Below, piece by piece: positions 1 through 12,234 of a stretch of DNA of 64,000 bases. Every line of letters starts with the position of its first letter. Position 1 is the first letter of the stretch. This DNA is from Tubiluchus corallicola (lineage: Eukaryota > Animalia > Priapulida). The position numbers were made by a program, and so were the translations under genes. The notes under the pieces were generated by a model. The model saw only the letters and a list, made by a program, of their open reading frames with translations, was not told where the DNA came from and ran no database searches. The DNA is taken from the NCBI GenBank assembly GCA_030141605.1, contig JAQGDQ010000038.1, positions 927,264 through 991,263 on the forward strand, in the 5' to 3' direction.

Positions 1-245
1 TTTTACATAAGGTCAAACAAATTGATAAGAATTTTTTTAAATGTAGCGCAAAAGTAGAAACATAGTTTTGTATCACATAGTTCTAATTTTTATTGTGCAG
101 CTCTGTGGTACAATTTTTTTTATTATAATCAATCGCATAAAAACTGCATGCAACAAAAGCATTCGCAAGTTATTTCAGCTAAAATATGACTGTTCTACAA
201 GGAAAATGTGTGCTCAACTTAACATACCGTATTTTGACACTATAA

Positions 246-1085
246 GGCCGCGTTTCCACTGCGTCCGCACAGACACAGATTTATTCTGTATGACTCACAC
301 GGAAAAAAATTGAAGGAACAGCACGCCTTTGAAAATCATTGTTTTACGTCCTTGTCGTTTCCACAGCGTCCGCATGGAAAGCCACGTACTCGCACAGTTC
401 CGCATTTCAATTGTTTAACCATTTTTTCTGCGGACGGACAAGTTCATTTTTACGATGGAGAACAAACAAATTGCACCGCTGTAGATGTTTGTACGACAAA
501 AGTAATCCCAAATACAGTCACAGAGATTTTACAAAGCAAGGTGGGTTCAAGTAGCCCTTGAAGTCAATAGTTAAATCAATAGTCAATATCTAGGTTTTGT
601 TATAAAGTTAACGCTTCTGTAAATTTAGGTCTAATTTTGGGATTCTATGATCCACGCTTTTTTTTTAAATTTATAGTACATATTTACACACGCTATTGTA
701 ATAGAATATCGACTTTACCCTGAAAATTATGAGTTTCAAAACTTTGTTAACTATATAATAAAAGTGAAAACAATCGGTCCATTCAATTTCATTGGAAAGC
801 AATATATATATATATATATGCAATTATGTCATTTACTTTGCTGCTGCCAGGACACTGAACCAAGGAGAAATAAAGTATTTCATGAAAGCTTGTCTAGTAC
901 TCAATTTGAATTCACTGTACGCTATCCAAATTTTTATTGCTTTCTTATTCATAATTACAATTAGATATTAATTACATATAATATAGTACTATTATATAAT
1001 AGGACCCAGCGGAAACAACTTTTGCGGACGCAAAATGTGCGGACAGAAAAGTCCGTGTCTGTGCGGACGCAGTGGAAACGCGGCC
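246..1085. mobile_element. Non-autonomous PIF/Harbinger-type (Tourist-like) MITE, 840 bp, in an mGluR intron
   Basis: Perfect 31-bp terminal inverted repeat GGCCGCGTTTCCACTGCGTCCGCACAGACAC (246-276; reverse complement 1055-1085), extending imperfectly inward. TAA on both flanks (243-245, 1086-1088) fits the 3-bp TSD of PIF/Harbinger elements. No transposase. Confidence 0.9.
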
Positions 1086-1770
1086 TAATTCGAAAATGTA
1101 TCTATTCATTTAAAATCAGGCTGTCTAAAAGTTGCAATACTCTTGTGCAGAGCATATGGAACAGTGAATACAGGTTTCAATCAAAAATTTACCAGCACTG
1201 GCTAAAAATTTTATATATGTCAATCAGGCTAACATGACTTCATTATATTTTTATTGCAGTCATTTTATTGTATTTACGTATCTTTGTTTTTAGTATTACT
1301 TTTAAATTACTGATCTTTTATTGTACATAATGCGTATGGAAATGAAATGTTCGGGGGGAGGGGGGTGATTTAATGTGATATATATATTAGTATATAGTAG
1401 TGTTTTACAAAATTTTTGTATAATGCGGTCTTTTATTTTGTACGTTTTCGCTGTTGTTTTAATGTTTTAATATGAAAGAAATTCTGAAATAAAGGTTTAA
1501 ATTCAATTCAAATTCAAAAGATAACTAAATCCTACTTTTTGGATTTTAATATGAAATGTGATAACGCCATCATTAATTAAGCAGAGTACATAAAACTCGC
1601 GGAGAATCGAAAGAGAGAAACACAAGATTCGCAGAACGTCACATTTCTACTATAGAAAAAGGTTTAACCTTACAGACAGATATGTTTACAATGTAGTGAA
1701 TATAGACATATACACCCCATATACTTGTGTACAATGTTACGCGCAGATCAGTCTTGAACTTTCTTTCCAG

Positions 1771-2017
1771 AGAGAGAGGATCTTAGAGAAAATTACAGAC
1801 AGGACACAAAGCTGGGATTTGTGATCAAAGCTATTTACACCATGGCACACGGTCTTACAAACATGCATCGTGACATATGTAAGGGGAAGCCAGGTTTGTG
1901 CGCTGAAATGAATCCCATCAATGGGAAGCTGCTGCTCCAGTATCTGATGAATGTGTCATTTATCACACCTCATAATGAGTCGGTTTATTTCAATGAAGAC
2001 GGCGATCCACCTGGCAG
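1771..2017 (+). CDS. GRM1/5: Group I metabotropic glutamate receptor, internal exon (Venus flytrap domain); earlier exons lie upstream of the window
   Basis: ttctttccag acceptor, ag|gtgaga donor. Translates REDLRENYRQDTKLGFVIKAIYTMAHGLTNMHRDICKGKPGLCAEMNPING...FNEDGDPPGR, close to mGluR1/5 QDSKMGFVINAIYAMAHGL...GDAPGR. Confidence 0.95.
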
Positions 2018-2065
2018 GTGAGATAATAACTTGTCTTTACTGAATTTAATTTAACAGTATGTAAA

Positions 2066-2371
2066 TAAAGGGTCGTTCATAAAAAATTACCTCTAAACTA
2101 ACTCGTAGCCATTCATCCTGACCACATCATTGTGTAGCCTCGTTTCTCCCCTTTTCAAAGAGCGATAAATTTTACCCCAAGACCCCACCAAGCGGCGCTA
2201 GGATCACTTTTCTAAAAGGTGTTTCTCCGGACATCGGAGAGTGAAAAACCTCCAAAAATGGCCGCCTTTACTCATTACCGGGAAGCAAAAAGGAGACGTC
2301 TTAGTGGCAGTTGGTGATGATCTTGGAGACAAATTTATAGTTTAAGGGATAGACTTTGATAAATGACCTTG
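2066..2371. mobile_element. Possible degraded MITE
   Basis: Imperfect inverted ends (AAGGGTCGTTCATAAAAAATTACCTCTAAACTA versus reverse complement AAGGTCATTTATCAAAGTCTATCCCTTAAACTA); interior is more GC-rich than flanks. Confidence 0.3.
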
Positions 2372-2639
2372 CACTTCTGTGTGTTGGTAGCACAAACCAA
2401 TTACCACTGAAAGAGAAAATCGTGTGTGTGAAAGGTTAACTCCTAGGGAAACATTGCTAGTTAATGCTTACAGATGAATAGGGGGTTTGTGTAACATATT
2501 TTCCATCTTGGTTGGTTGTTCCGTGAGTCAGAGTGGTAGTTTTGAAGCTTGTCACTTTCTGAATTGTGTTTTAATTTCATTATTTGAAAAAGTAAGGAAT
2601 GTATTGTCAAGAGTTGTCAAATATATATGTTGTCTAATG

Positions 2640-2900
2640 TACCGTCATGCATCATGCCTGTATTAATGTGATGATATGTGACACGTCATAATAGACGTGA
2701 CGTGGTGATATGATGTGATATAACTTTCATATGATATTATATTTCTAGTTATATTAGTGTGATATGATTTTGTGTGATGTCATTATGACGAGATGTGATA
2801 TAGACTAGGTGTGGTTTCATGTAATGCTTTGCATGTCATGCTAGATATTCAGTGGCGTAATGCAATGTGATGTAATAAGTATTATGATGTCATATTACGT
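2640..2900. repeat. Degenerate 5-bp satellite (TGTGA/TGATA/TGTCA)
   Basis: Visible 5-bp periodicity. Confidence 0.6.
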
Positions 2901-3704
2901 ACATCGTAAGAAATTCTACAAAGTGTGGTACTGTAGTTAATTAATGTGTAATAACCGAGATGTAAACAATAACCTTCAGCAAATCAATCAAACCATATCA
3001 GCGTGAACAAGCTGCTATACTAGTCGTTTATCACAATTTTTATGACATTACTTCCGAGGCGTCTTCTTGAAGCACACTGCTCGTGTGCTGCTGCAAAATT
3101 TGTAAAGAACCTCTTTCCCTGTACTTCTCTTTCACTGTACTTCTCTTTTCACTTGTGTAGTTCGAAGTCGTCACTCACTTCAGTTTAAATGCACAGCTGC
3201 GACCAACATTAAATTTGTTGCTTCATACACAAATGCTCTAAGTTGCTGTAAATTGACCCTGGCAATACTTCAAACCAATTCTATTAAGTTGTCGTCAGAT
3301 GCTCGTGCCATATATTGTCATACAGTTGAAGAAATTATCGGTGGCCCATTAAGAAATAACTTATATTATAGGCCAATCAGTAATATTTTAAATATTTTTT
3401 GGTTTGGGGCAGAAACAATGAAATAATAAAAAAATTTCCGAAATAATTTCTTGCACATCTGCATTTCTAAAATTTTTTTCCTTTTAAATCGCAAAAATCA
3501 TTTTGTTCTCTCTATGATGCACTTGAATACCGGCTGATCCAGCAAACCACGAACGTGCTTTGGAACTGCTAAGAACGACCTGTATCCATGATCGGCAGAG
3601 AAGCTTAACGAATGAAGTTACTTTTCTTCCCTGCAGTGAGACTGTAGCCTTTTGTTTTTTCTTTACTGTCATGGTGTAGCCCAGTAACTTAGTGTTTTTT
3701 CTTT

Positions 3705-3896
3705 ACTGCAAAGGGACTAAACATACTTTCTTTACCAGTAGACTTAGGGAGTATATATACTTTTTTACATGCAGATTTAGGGAGTAAACATACTTTCTTT
3801 ACGCGCAGACTTAGGGAGTATACATGCCTTCTTTATCAGTAGATTTGGGTAGTATATATGCTTTCTTTACACGCAGACTTAGGGAGTATACATACT
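3705..3896. repeat. Minisatellite, about 34-bp unit, about 5.5 copies
   Basis: Unit CATACTTTCTTTACGCGCAGACTTAGGGAGTATA; GA(C/T)TT(A/G)GG recurs at 3741, 3775, 3808, 3842, 3876. Confidence 0.85.
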
Positions 3897-5398
3897 GAAA
3901 AGAACTCAGCAAGGGGCGATAATTTTCATCTCATCAGGACGGTCTCTGTTATTGAAATCAGTTTTTCCAAACTTATCGGCGGCTGCACGGATTTATTTTA
4001 AATTTGTCGGCTGATGACTGCTAGCATTCAATGTGATTGATGAAGCAAAGAATTGATTTGATTAACCCTACGTTGACCACACATTGAGAAGTTGTGTTGT
4101 CAACACAGAGATGAAAAACTTGGATTGTATCGCGCAGAGGCACCATAAGTTTTTACTTACTATGTTGACACAGAGCATAGTCCGCTGTAGGTTTATTGTG
4201 TAATGAGTGTTTCTGAGAATAATGAAACGCCGTCAGAGTCTATGTGGATCTAGAACTGGACTCTACGGTCACGTAAGAAGACACGTATAGGCGAAAAGAT
4301 GTCGTCGTCGAAAGCAATGCAACTTACTTAAGCAAAAAATCAAAGTAATCAATGTAATGAACAGAATTCAGGCTTGATCTGTGACCTTCTGAAATGGCTC
4401 GGTGGTTAAAGTGGTGTCAAACACTGAAATAAAATTTTTCCAGCGTTTTCTCAAGCTGTTACAGTTACACTGGCAGCTGTTGCAAAATTTACACAAAAAA
4501 AATATAGGGAAACTATTTTATTTCACTGCACGTGTTGTCATTTAAATAGTAAATAAAATAATTGAAAGTGTGGGCAGACGGCAGTTAATTGTCTTAGGCG
4601 GAACACAACACTATATGTGTCTTATAAAACAAAGCGGGTTATACACTCTTGGGACTATGATAAACTGGTTGCTGACACTGTTAACACAAGTTTGTTCCCT
4701 TACATTTTTCACATTAATTGTTTTGAGAGAAATAGTAACAAAATCTTTTCAGAAATATGTCATTCTATCATGTCCACTAACACTAACCTTTATTTTCACT
4801 CATCAATGACGCCTTAACAAGACATGCTTCAATGTGTTGTACAGCAATTCATCTTTTGGTTAATATGATTTCATCAATAATTTTTTTTTTATACTGTTTT
4901 TCCATTTATCGTGTATGTTGGTGTGTATGCATTGCTGGAGTGAAATAAATAGACATTGATGTTGATTATTGAAACACGTGTTGCATAAATCACGTTTCAA
5001 AAAAAATATGTGTAAACACTTTATTAGAGGTGAATATTGACCTTCTACATGTTCTCTCTGGAAAGTGTAATCTGTTTAATTATTTTTACAAAAATAAATG
5101 TGATTTCTGTTTGCAAGCTCTCTCGACGTTCACAGATGTTTGTCATAGATCAGTCATTGCCCTTGGGGCATTTCTTTACTGTCAACTGTGAATGTACTGA
5201 TTAAGAAAAATCGCCTGTTACATGTTTCTTGGCTTAAATGTTGCATGTAGACATCAGAAAGGCGCTGCATATCAATTGGTTTAAGACCTTTGAATCTTTT
5301 GTTGCTCTAATGAAAGTCAAGAGACTGCGGCTGCAAAGCTGGCTATCCATGCATTTTAACGATCTTTTTTGTGCATCCATCCATCCATCTGTCTCACC

Positions 5399-5401
<3 letters not shown>

Positions 5402-5457
<56 letters not shown>
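5402..5457. repeat. (TC)n microsatellite
   Basis: Direct reading. Confidence 0.97.
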
Positions 5458-5461
<4 letters not shown>

Positions 5462-5956
5462 TTCTCTCTTACTCACTCTCTTTCTATACGTGCGTGCTTA
5501 TTGTTTTGTAACAGTGTGTATTGACTTCTCTACAGCTCCGCGAAAAATTGCTGAGGCTTATTTCCCCAAAGTTAATTCCTCATGTTAAGTGTATGTTAAT
5601 GTATCAGATAGGCGATTCTAATTTATTATGTGCTATTAGGATGGGAACTAATATCCTGTAGATCAAATGGTTGTGGCCCAAAAGCTTAAGGTTCTGCGTC
5701 CCAATTGGGTCCTCGTGGGGCCACAATTTTTCAGCACCTCCTTCTTCAATTAATCACCCATTAAACAAATTGTTGTAAATAGGATGTTTCTTAACGTGTG
5801 ACTTGAATACCCTACAGAAAAGGCGCAAAAGTACTTAACCCTAAGTGCTAAGCGTGTTCAAAATGTAGAGTGTTATATTATTGTATCGGATAAGTGGCTG
5901 TGACTGATCGTGTACTACATGTAGTAGCATGAAAACTGACACCAGCACTGTTAAGT

Positions 5957-6028
5957 GGCCGAGTGGCTCAAATAATAGAGCGAACGCCCTGAAAGCGTAA
6001 GGTTTTGGGTTCAAGACCTGGTTGAGCC
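5957..6028 (+). pseudogene. tRNA-like sequence (tRNA pseudogene or tRNA-derived SINE head)
   Basis: 72 nt; D-stem GCTC/GAGC, anticodon stem ACGC/GCGT, B box GGTTCAAGACC; acceptor stem has mismatches; T-run follows at about 6033. Confidence 0.55.
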
Positions 6029-6070
6029 TCAATTTTTTAATGTCATTAAGCTAATTGTTGTAAGCACGAT

Positions 6071-6102
<32 letters not shown>

Positions 6103-6157
6103 CTTTTTCTCTCTATTTTCTTTCCACCTTTCATTGATTGCATTTTTTGTATTTCAG

Positions 6158-6335
6158 ATATGATGTACTAAACTTTCAGCGTAACAAGACAGGACAATGG
6201 AATTATAAGCTTGTGGGCACATGGGATAGTGGAGATCTAAACATTAACGAGACCGCAATGGCTTGGGTCAGCAATCCTAAAAAGGAGAAGCCCCTATCTG
6301 TGTGCAGTAGACCCTGTGAACGTGGCCATGTAAAG
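6158..6335 (+). CDS. GRM1/5: mGluR exon (end of Venus flytrap, start of cysteine-rich domain)
   Basis: tatttcag acceptor, phase 2 completes R. YDVLNFQ...YKLVGTW...SVCSRPCERGHVK, then gtgcg donor (phase 0). Confidence 0.95.
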
Positions 6336-7147
6336 GTGCGACTTGTTACTACTTCATAACCCTACTTTCCATACTTCATACTATTACTTCAAGTTGGCAT
6401 ATCAAATAAACTTACAAATTTGCCGTGATTAAGCGTATCAAAATATCGAAACCTATTAACTTAATTTTATGCGAACTTGTGAGATTTTATCCATTCCACG
6501 GCGCCCTCTGAATTTGTGGCTGCGAAGCAAAATAATTAATAAATTAGTTAGGCTGCTGAAATTCCAGGTTTGTCTTGAGAACTACTTTCGCCAATGGCTG
6601 AGTGAAAATTCCACCCGCATTATACCCAGTTTACGCCCAGAGTTACAAATTAATAAGAGAAATAAGTTCGGGCTTCGGGGATCGGTTGCTACATATCACT
6701 ACTGTCTCTAATAACTTCTTCGATTTAAAACTAAATATCGTCAAGTGGCTCAGTTGTCACTAAGCCACTCTTATTTAAGACAATTATTATAATCAGTATT
6801 ATACGACATATAAATGCCTAGTTTGAGGGCAGTAGTGCTGCAGGTCATAAACGCAATATTATCCGAAAAAACTAGCCATTGTTTGTTTTGTTATGCACCA
6901 CACAAAATTATTATTTTTAATATTATACTGTTAATAAAAATAATCATTAACAAACCATTGTTATTGCTTCACTTGAGCTTGAACTTCTCATTCTACAAAA
7001 CTCATCAATTGATCACGTGACATTGTATTGACGAATTACCGAGTTTAGTATAGAATTGGTTGTTTCGACTGTAACAGTCATTGTCAATATTATAAATCAA
7101 GCTAAAAAGGGATAGTTAGTACAAATAATAATGATGCATATTTGCAG

Positions 7148-7274
7148 ACAATTCAAGAAGGTGGAGTGAAATGCTGCTGGGTGTGCACCTCCTGTGATGA
7201 AAATGAATTTCTGCTGGACGAATTCACCTGCCAACCTTGTCCTCGTGGATGGTGGCCTAATGAAAACCTTACAG
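7148..7274 (+). CDS. GRM1/5: mGluR exon (nine-cysteine domain); missing from the ORF track
   Basis: tttgcag acceptor; TIQEGGVKCCWVCTSCDENEFLLDEFTCQPCPRGWWPNENLT; g|gtagtt donor (phase 1). Confidence 0.95.
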
Positions 7275-9021
7275 GTAGTTACCTATAGCATATCATGCAA
7301 TATCCAGTTGAACAGGTGCTTGTCGTACAAAATTTCACTAAAGATTGAGACAGGTATATTTATAAAAGTCTAGAAATGTCAATGCACGAAACGCTCTACC
7401 TATACAGGAGTTCTACCAATAAACATTTGTCAAGTTCCTGTGCATAAAAAGTTTACTTTAAAGTGTTACCAATATATGTTTATTTTTTACCATTCTATAT
7501 TATTCTCTGGTAATAGTATTGCTATTCCTTGGTATTCAGCTACATCACTACACATATATATCATCTTATCATTGATATTTGACATCTTTACTATGGTGCT
7601 CCACCACATGTTGCCTAATGACAGATTATACCATGTTACGTCATCCTTATTCGTTTTCTACTACATTTTATTACATATCATTCTGCCATTTCATGCATTG
7701 TCGTCCCACGATTTTGTTTGTTTACTATACGTCCTGTTCAACATTCTGTATTTTGTTATGCTATTCCACTATAGTGACTTCACGAATTCCTACTGAATCA
7801 CATGCTGTACTATAGTGTTATAACACAACACACCACAACATCTATACCTTTCAATACTGTACCGTACTAAGAAATTTTATACCACGCCACACAGTATCAT
7901 ATCATGCCATACCATAAGGCTTCAAATTACGCCAGAGCATGAAATATGAAAGTAGAGGCTAGACATCATCAAACGCTCCTACAGTAGGACAAGGTTTTAC
8001 GGAATCTGTAAGGAAGTCAACAAACCTTGGATTCGAGCATGCATATTGAACCATTGGGATGTACAGCATAACTTTGAAAATTGGTTCTGTTGTCTTGAGC
8101 CCATGTTCCATCAAGGCATCTAATATAGACTAATTACTTGATTTTTCCGATTATTAAATCTGATCAGTAATGTATGTGCAGCAATTATTCACTACTGTAT
8201 ATTTGGCCACTTCAGAAATACTCTGAATAGAACATATTCGCAAGAAATAGATGACTTTCTGAGGCTATCTAGCGATGGTGTCCCCCTTGTTAGTTCAACT
8301 TGCCATTAGAGACGCTTCGTTCTTTAATTGACTTTAAGGACATCAACTTATAAAGCCAAAAAAATGTTTTCATTTAGAGCGCAACATGGTGGCACACAAA
8401 CTGAAAAGATGTAAAAAGTTACTAACGGAAAAGATGTCCACCGTTACTAACTTATTCAAATTATGGGATCTAATTTCAATAAATAAGTAACTTTTTATTT
8501 CTATTAGCATGAACAAATATCTCTAGGTTCACGTCATGAGTAGGGTTCGCGTCATCGCAAGCAGATAGCTTTTGACTTCCGATGCTGTTCCCGTTCCGAG
8601 TACCGGGTACCGAGTACCAGCTCTTGGGGTGTTATAAAACTAGTAGATCTGCAGTGGTTCAATCACATGATCTAGCTAATACCAGTAGCAGACCTGGCTT
8701 TATGTACCGGTGTTAGGTTGTATAATGTCAGTAGTAAATTAATCTTGGGTCTTGACTGGTAGAGCCTCGTCCAGGGTTTAATGTTACTAGCTTTTAAGTC
8801 TTTGTCAGTAGAAGGTAAAAATTCTAAAGTTTCTAACCACTCTGACCTTTTCACCGGTTTGGTGGCTGCTAGCCCGGCCATTAGTAGATTAACTGTTAGT
8901 CTTTAAGATCAAAAGAAGACTATGAAATGTTTATTGTCAGTTTCTATCATTGTTTCATTTTACAGGAGTTTCTTAATTACAGGTTATCTATAACAAAATT
9001 AAACATGTTTTACATTTTCAG

Positions 9022-9967
9022 CCTGCTTCATGATACCCGTGGAATACGTACACTGGGACGACACTGGCAGTATCATTGTTATCAGCTTTGCTTGCTTTGG
9101 TATTGTCTCCAGCATATTCACAATGATGATCTTCATCCAATACAACAATACTCCGGTTGTCAAGGCAACTACCAGAGAACTCAGTTACATCATTCTCATT
9201 GGTTTTTTAGTCTGCTACACATGCAGTTTTTTACTACTGGCTAAGCCACTGCAACAAATCTGCTATCTTACTAGAATACTGCCAGGTCTGGCGTTTTCCA
9301 TGATATATGGTGCTTTAGTGACGAAAACCAATCGGATAGCGCGGATTCTGGCGGGCAGTAAGAAGAAGATCATGACTAGAAAACCGCGGTTTATGAGCGG
9401 TTTGGCTCAAGTGATTATCACGTGTTTATTAATACTCGTGGAAGTTGTGATAATTATAGTGATGCTTATATTTGAGCCTCCTGATTCTACACTAATCTAT
9501 CCCACCACAAGGAGAGTGCTACTTGTATGCAACACCACAACTCTTGGAATAATGGCGCCCTTGGGTTTCGATTTTTTTCTTGTGGCAATGTGTACTTTAT
9601 ACGCAGTAAAAACAAGAAATGTGCCATCGAATTTCAACGAGGCAAAATTCATAGGTTTCACTATGTATACAACTTGTATTATTTGGTTAGCATTTGTTCC
9701 TATTTATTTTGGCAGTGATATGAAAGTGATTACACTGTGTCTGTGTATTAGCCTAAGTGCAACGGTGGCACTAGTGTTGCTGTTTCTACCTAAACTTTAT
9801 ATAATATTATTCAGACCCGATAAGAACAATCGAAGTGCTTTCACCACTACAACTGCTGTGCGCTGCCATATTGGCACGCAAAACACTCAAGCTTATCAAA
9901 GTGCTAGGCAAAACTGGACGAATTCATCTGGAGAGAGTGCTAGTGCAGACACGCCCAGAGACAATAG
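9022..9967 (+). CDS. GRM1/5: mGluR seven-transmembrane exon
   Basis: ttttcag acceptor in phase 1. Motifs TPVVKATTRELSY, KTNRIARILAGSKKKIMTRKPRFMS (group I-type ICL2), KTRNVPSNFNEAKFIGFTMYTTCIIWLAFVPIYFGS, RSAFTT. ag|gtatag donor (phase 2). Confidence 0.97.
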
Positions 9968-10074
9968 GTATAGTCTTACATCATGTCATTGTCGTTGTCC
10001 TTGTTGGTTGATGATGTTTGTTTTAATCTGATACTAACTAGTGTTCGAAGTGTTTGTTTTGATCTGATACAAGC

Positions 10075-10441
10075 TAGTGTTGGTAGTGGTGCTGGTGCTG
10101 ATACTGATACTGGTGGTGTTGCTGCTAGTGCTCATGATGGTGGTGTTGGTGTTGTGGCGGTGGCGTAGGAGATAGTGGTGGTGGAGATGGGGTGTATTGG
10201 TGGTGGAGTTGGTAGTGGTAGTTGCGGGAGTAGTGATGATGATGGTGATATAGATCGCAGCGATGGCGATCGTGGCAGCAGCAGTGTTTGCGATTGTGCA
10301 TTGTTGTCACTGTCATCGTCAGTGTTGCTGTTGCTGTTGCTGCCACTGTCACTGCTGCTGTCGTTGTCACTATTGTTGTTGTCATTCGTTGTCGTTGTTA
10401 TTGTCATTCTTATTGTGTCATTCTCGTTGCCGTTGTTGTTG
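10075..10441. repeat. Degenerate trinucleotide low-complexity tract (GGT/GTT/GCT), intronic
   Basis: Direct reading; explains the spurious ORFs here. Confidence 0.75.
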
Positions 10442-11063
10442 ACTATTTTTTTAGTGTTTGAGGTTTAACTGAATTACCATTGTTATAACCAGCTGTGAGA
10501 GACCAGCTTTCTCCATCTGATGGATTGGTCGCTGAAATGTTTTTGTCGGGTGGAATACTGCGGTTTTGCAGATTTAGCTCTCTGAAGAATAATTAAAATC
10601 ACTTCGAGAACTTGATACAGTAGTAGAGAATGTTGTGAAATCATTAGCTGGTGTGTTACAGATCGTTCATTAAGCCTTTCATTAGCTTGTCATTAGTGTT
10701 CGGGGAGGATCAAAGACGTGATGTAATTACTAATTTTCTTATATTTTTCCATTTTCAGTTTTACCTTTTTTAAAGAAAGTAAGAGCTACCTTAGTTCGTT
10801 ACAGATTTTCTCTATTCTGACTGAAGGAATTCTCAATGATTTGAATTCATTTTTCTAACATTTGTGCTTTTTTTCGTTAAAAAGTGAAAAACTGTAAAGC
10901 ATACAATGACTTCTGAGTTAACCTATAATGACTACTGCGCCTGTCCTGGATGGCAGACCAATTTACATTTCTTGGGTTCTTAAGGGGATTCTTATGAGAC
11001 TTCATAGATGGATTTAAAGCTTTTTGTCGTATCTTCTTATCTCATTGGTGTTTCATTCTTTAG

Positions 11064-12234
11064 TTTTTCAGATTCAAAAATGCAGCAACGTAAAAAAGAA
11101 GAGGCAAGACGCCCGGGCTTTCTTCAAAAATGGAGTATGTCTCATGGCAGTAGTCTAGATGGTAGCTTTGATAGCAAGATGCTAGATATGAACAGGAGTA
11201 GTGGTAGAAGTAAGTTTGGCCGTGGAGACTCGCTCGACCTTCTTTCCGTGCGTAAAGAACTCCTGCAGAGAAGCAGTGATTCACTTAAAAAGGAAACAAC
11301 GAATGACCATATCCCTAAAGGTGGTACTGATAGGCGAGACGTGAGAATCATTCCAGTACAGAAAAGAGAAATATCATCTCAAACCTCAGATGACTTACTT
11401 CAAAATTATCTCCCACAGCTGAGAAGACGTTTAGTGAGAACTGATGCACAAGAGTGTGCAGAGAACGACCTTGATGCATATCGCACAAACAACAATAGAG
11501 CAAGCTTGTTAAAGCAACGTTCTCTTGTTGAAGCTCATCCTAGAAATGGTCCAATTATTACAGCTGACGGACGGCGGACATTCCTTGATGTGGGCTACGA
11601 AAACGAATTGTACGACAGTCCTGATGACGATGATGATGTCTCTCGAGAGGAACCAAGTGACATATCACCACTTCTTGATGAGATATCAGTGTGGTCTAGC
11701 AGTTCATTTGGTCCTGATATTTATGAGGACTTTGATCACATCCATAACCGTCACACATATCGACCAGAATTAAATCCCATAACTGAACAGACTTCTGTGC
11801 ATAGCTTTAGAACTGATGACTACACACATCCAGATTACCGCAAGATGAAAGCGAAGAAGTTAGCACAAGATTCACTAAATATATCAACAGATACGGCTTG
11901 CACAACTGTTGCTGCCAGTCAAGAAAACTTGAAACCATCTCATAGTGAAGATAACTTGCTAGATAAATTGTTAAACATATCACAATTACTACTCCCACCT
12001 AGTCAAAGTGCGCCTGATCTACTTGATGATAAACCACCGCACCATTCCTCTTCTCGAAGGGCATCCGTTGCTTACATGAATGAATCTCGTTCAAGTACTC
12101 TTCCTCACAGCCATAACGGTCAGTCCTATCAACCAACTCTTATGCGCAAAAACAGCTTTGAGAAGTTCCAAATGGCACTTAGAGCTCGAGGAATCTTCGT
12201 AAATTTAGACTTGGTGCAGTCTAGTGATGTGTGA
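11064..12234 (+). CDS. GRM1/5: mGluR terminal exon: about 389-aa intracellular tail ending in class I PDZ ligand QSSDV
   Basis: tttcattctttag acceptor (AG 11062-63) is phase-compatible with the 9967 donor; long S/D/R-rich open frame ending S-D-V-stop; AATAAA signals downstream (about 12779, 12888). Confidence 0.85.

Noticed and set aside
9968-10031. ORF extension YSLTSCHCRCPCWLMMFVLI as the true mGluR C-terminus
   Set aside because: Lies past a phase-compatible donor and runs into low-complexity intron; intron retention cannot be excluded but has no support.
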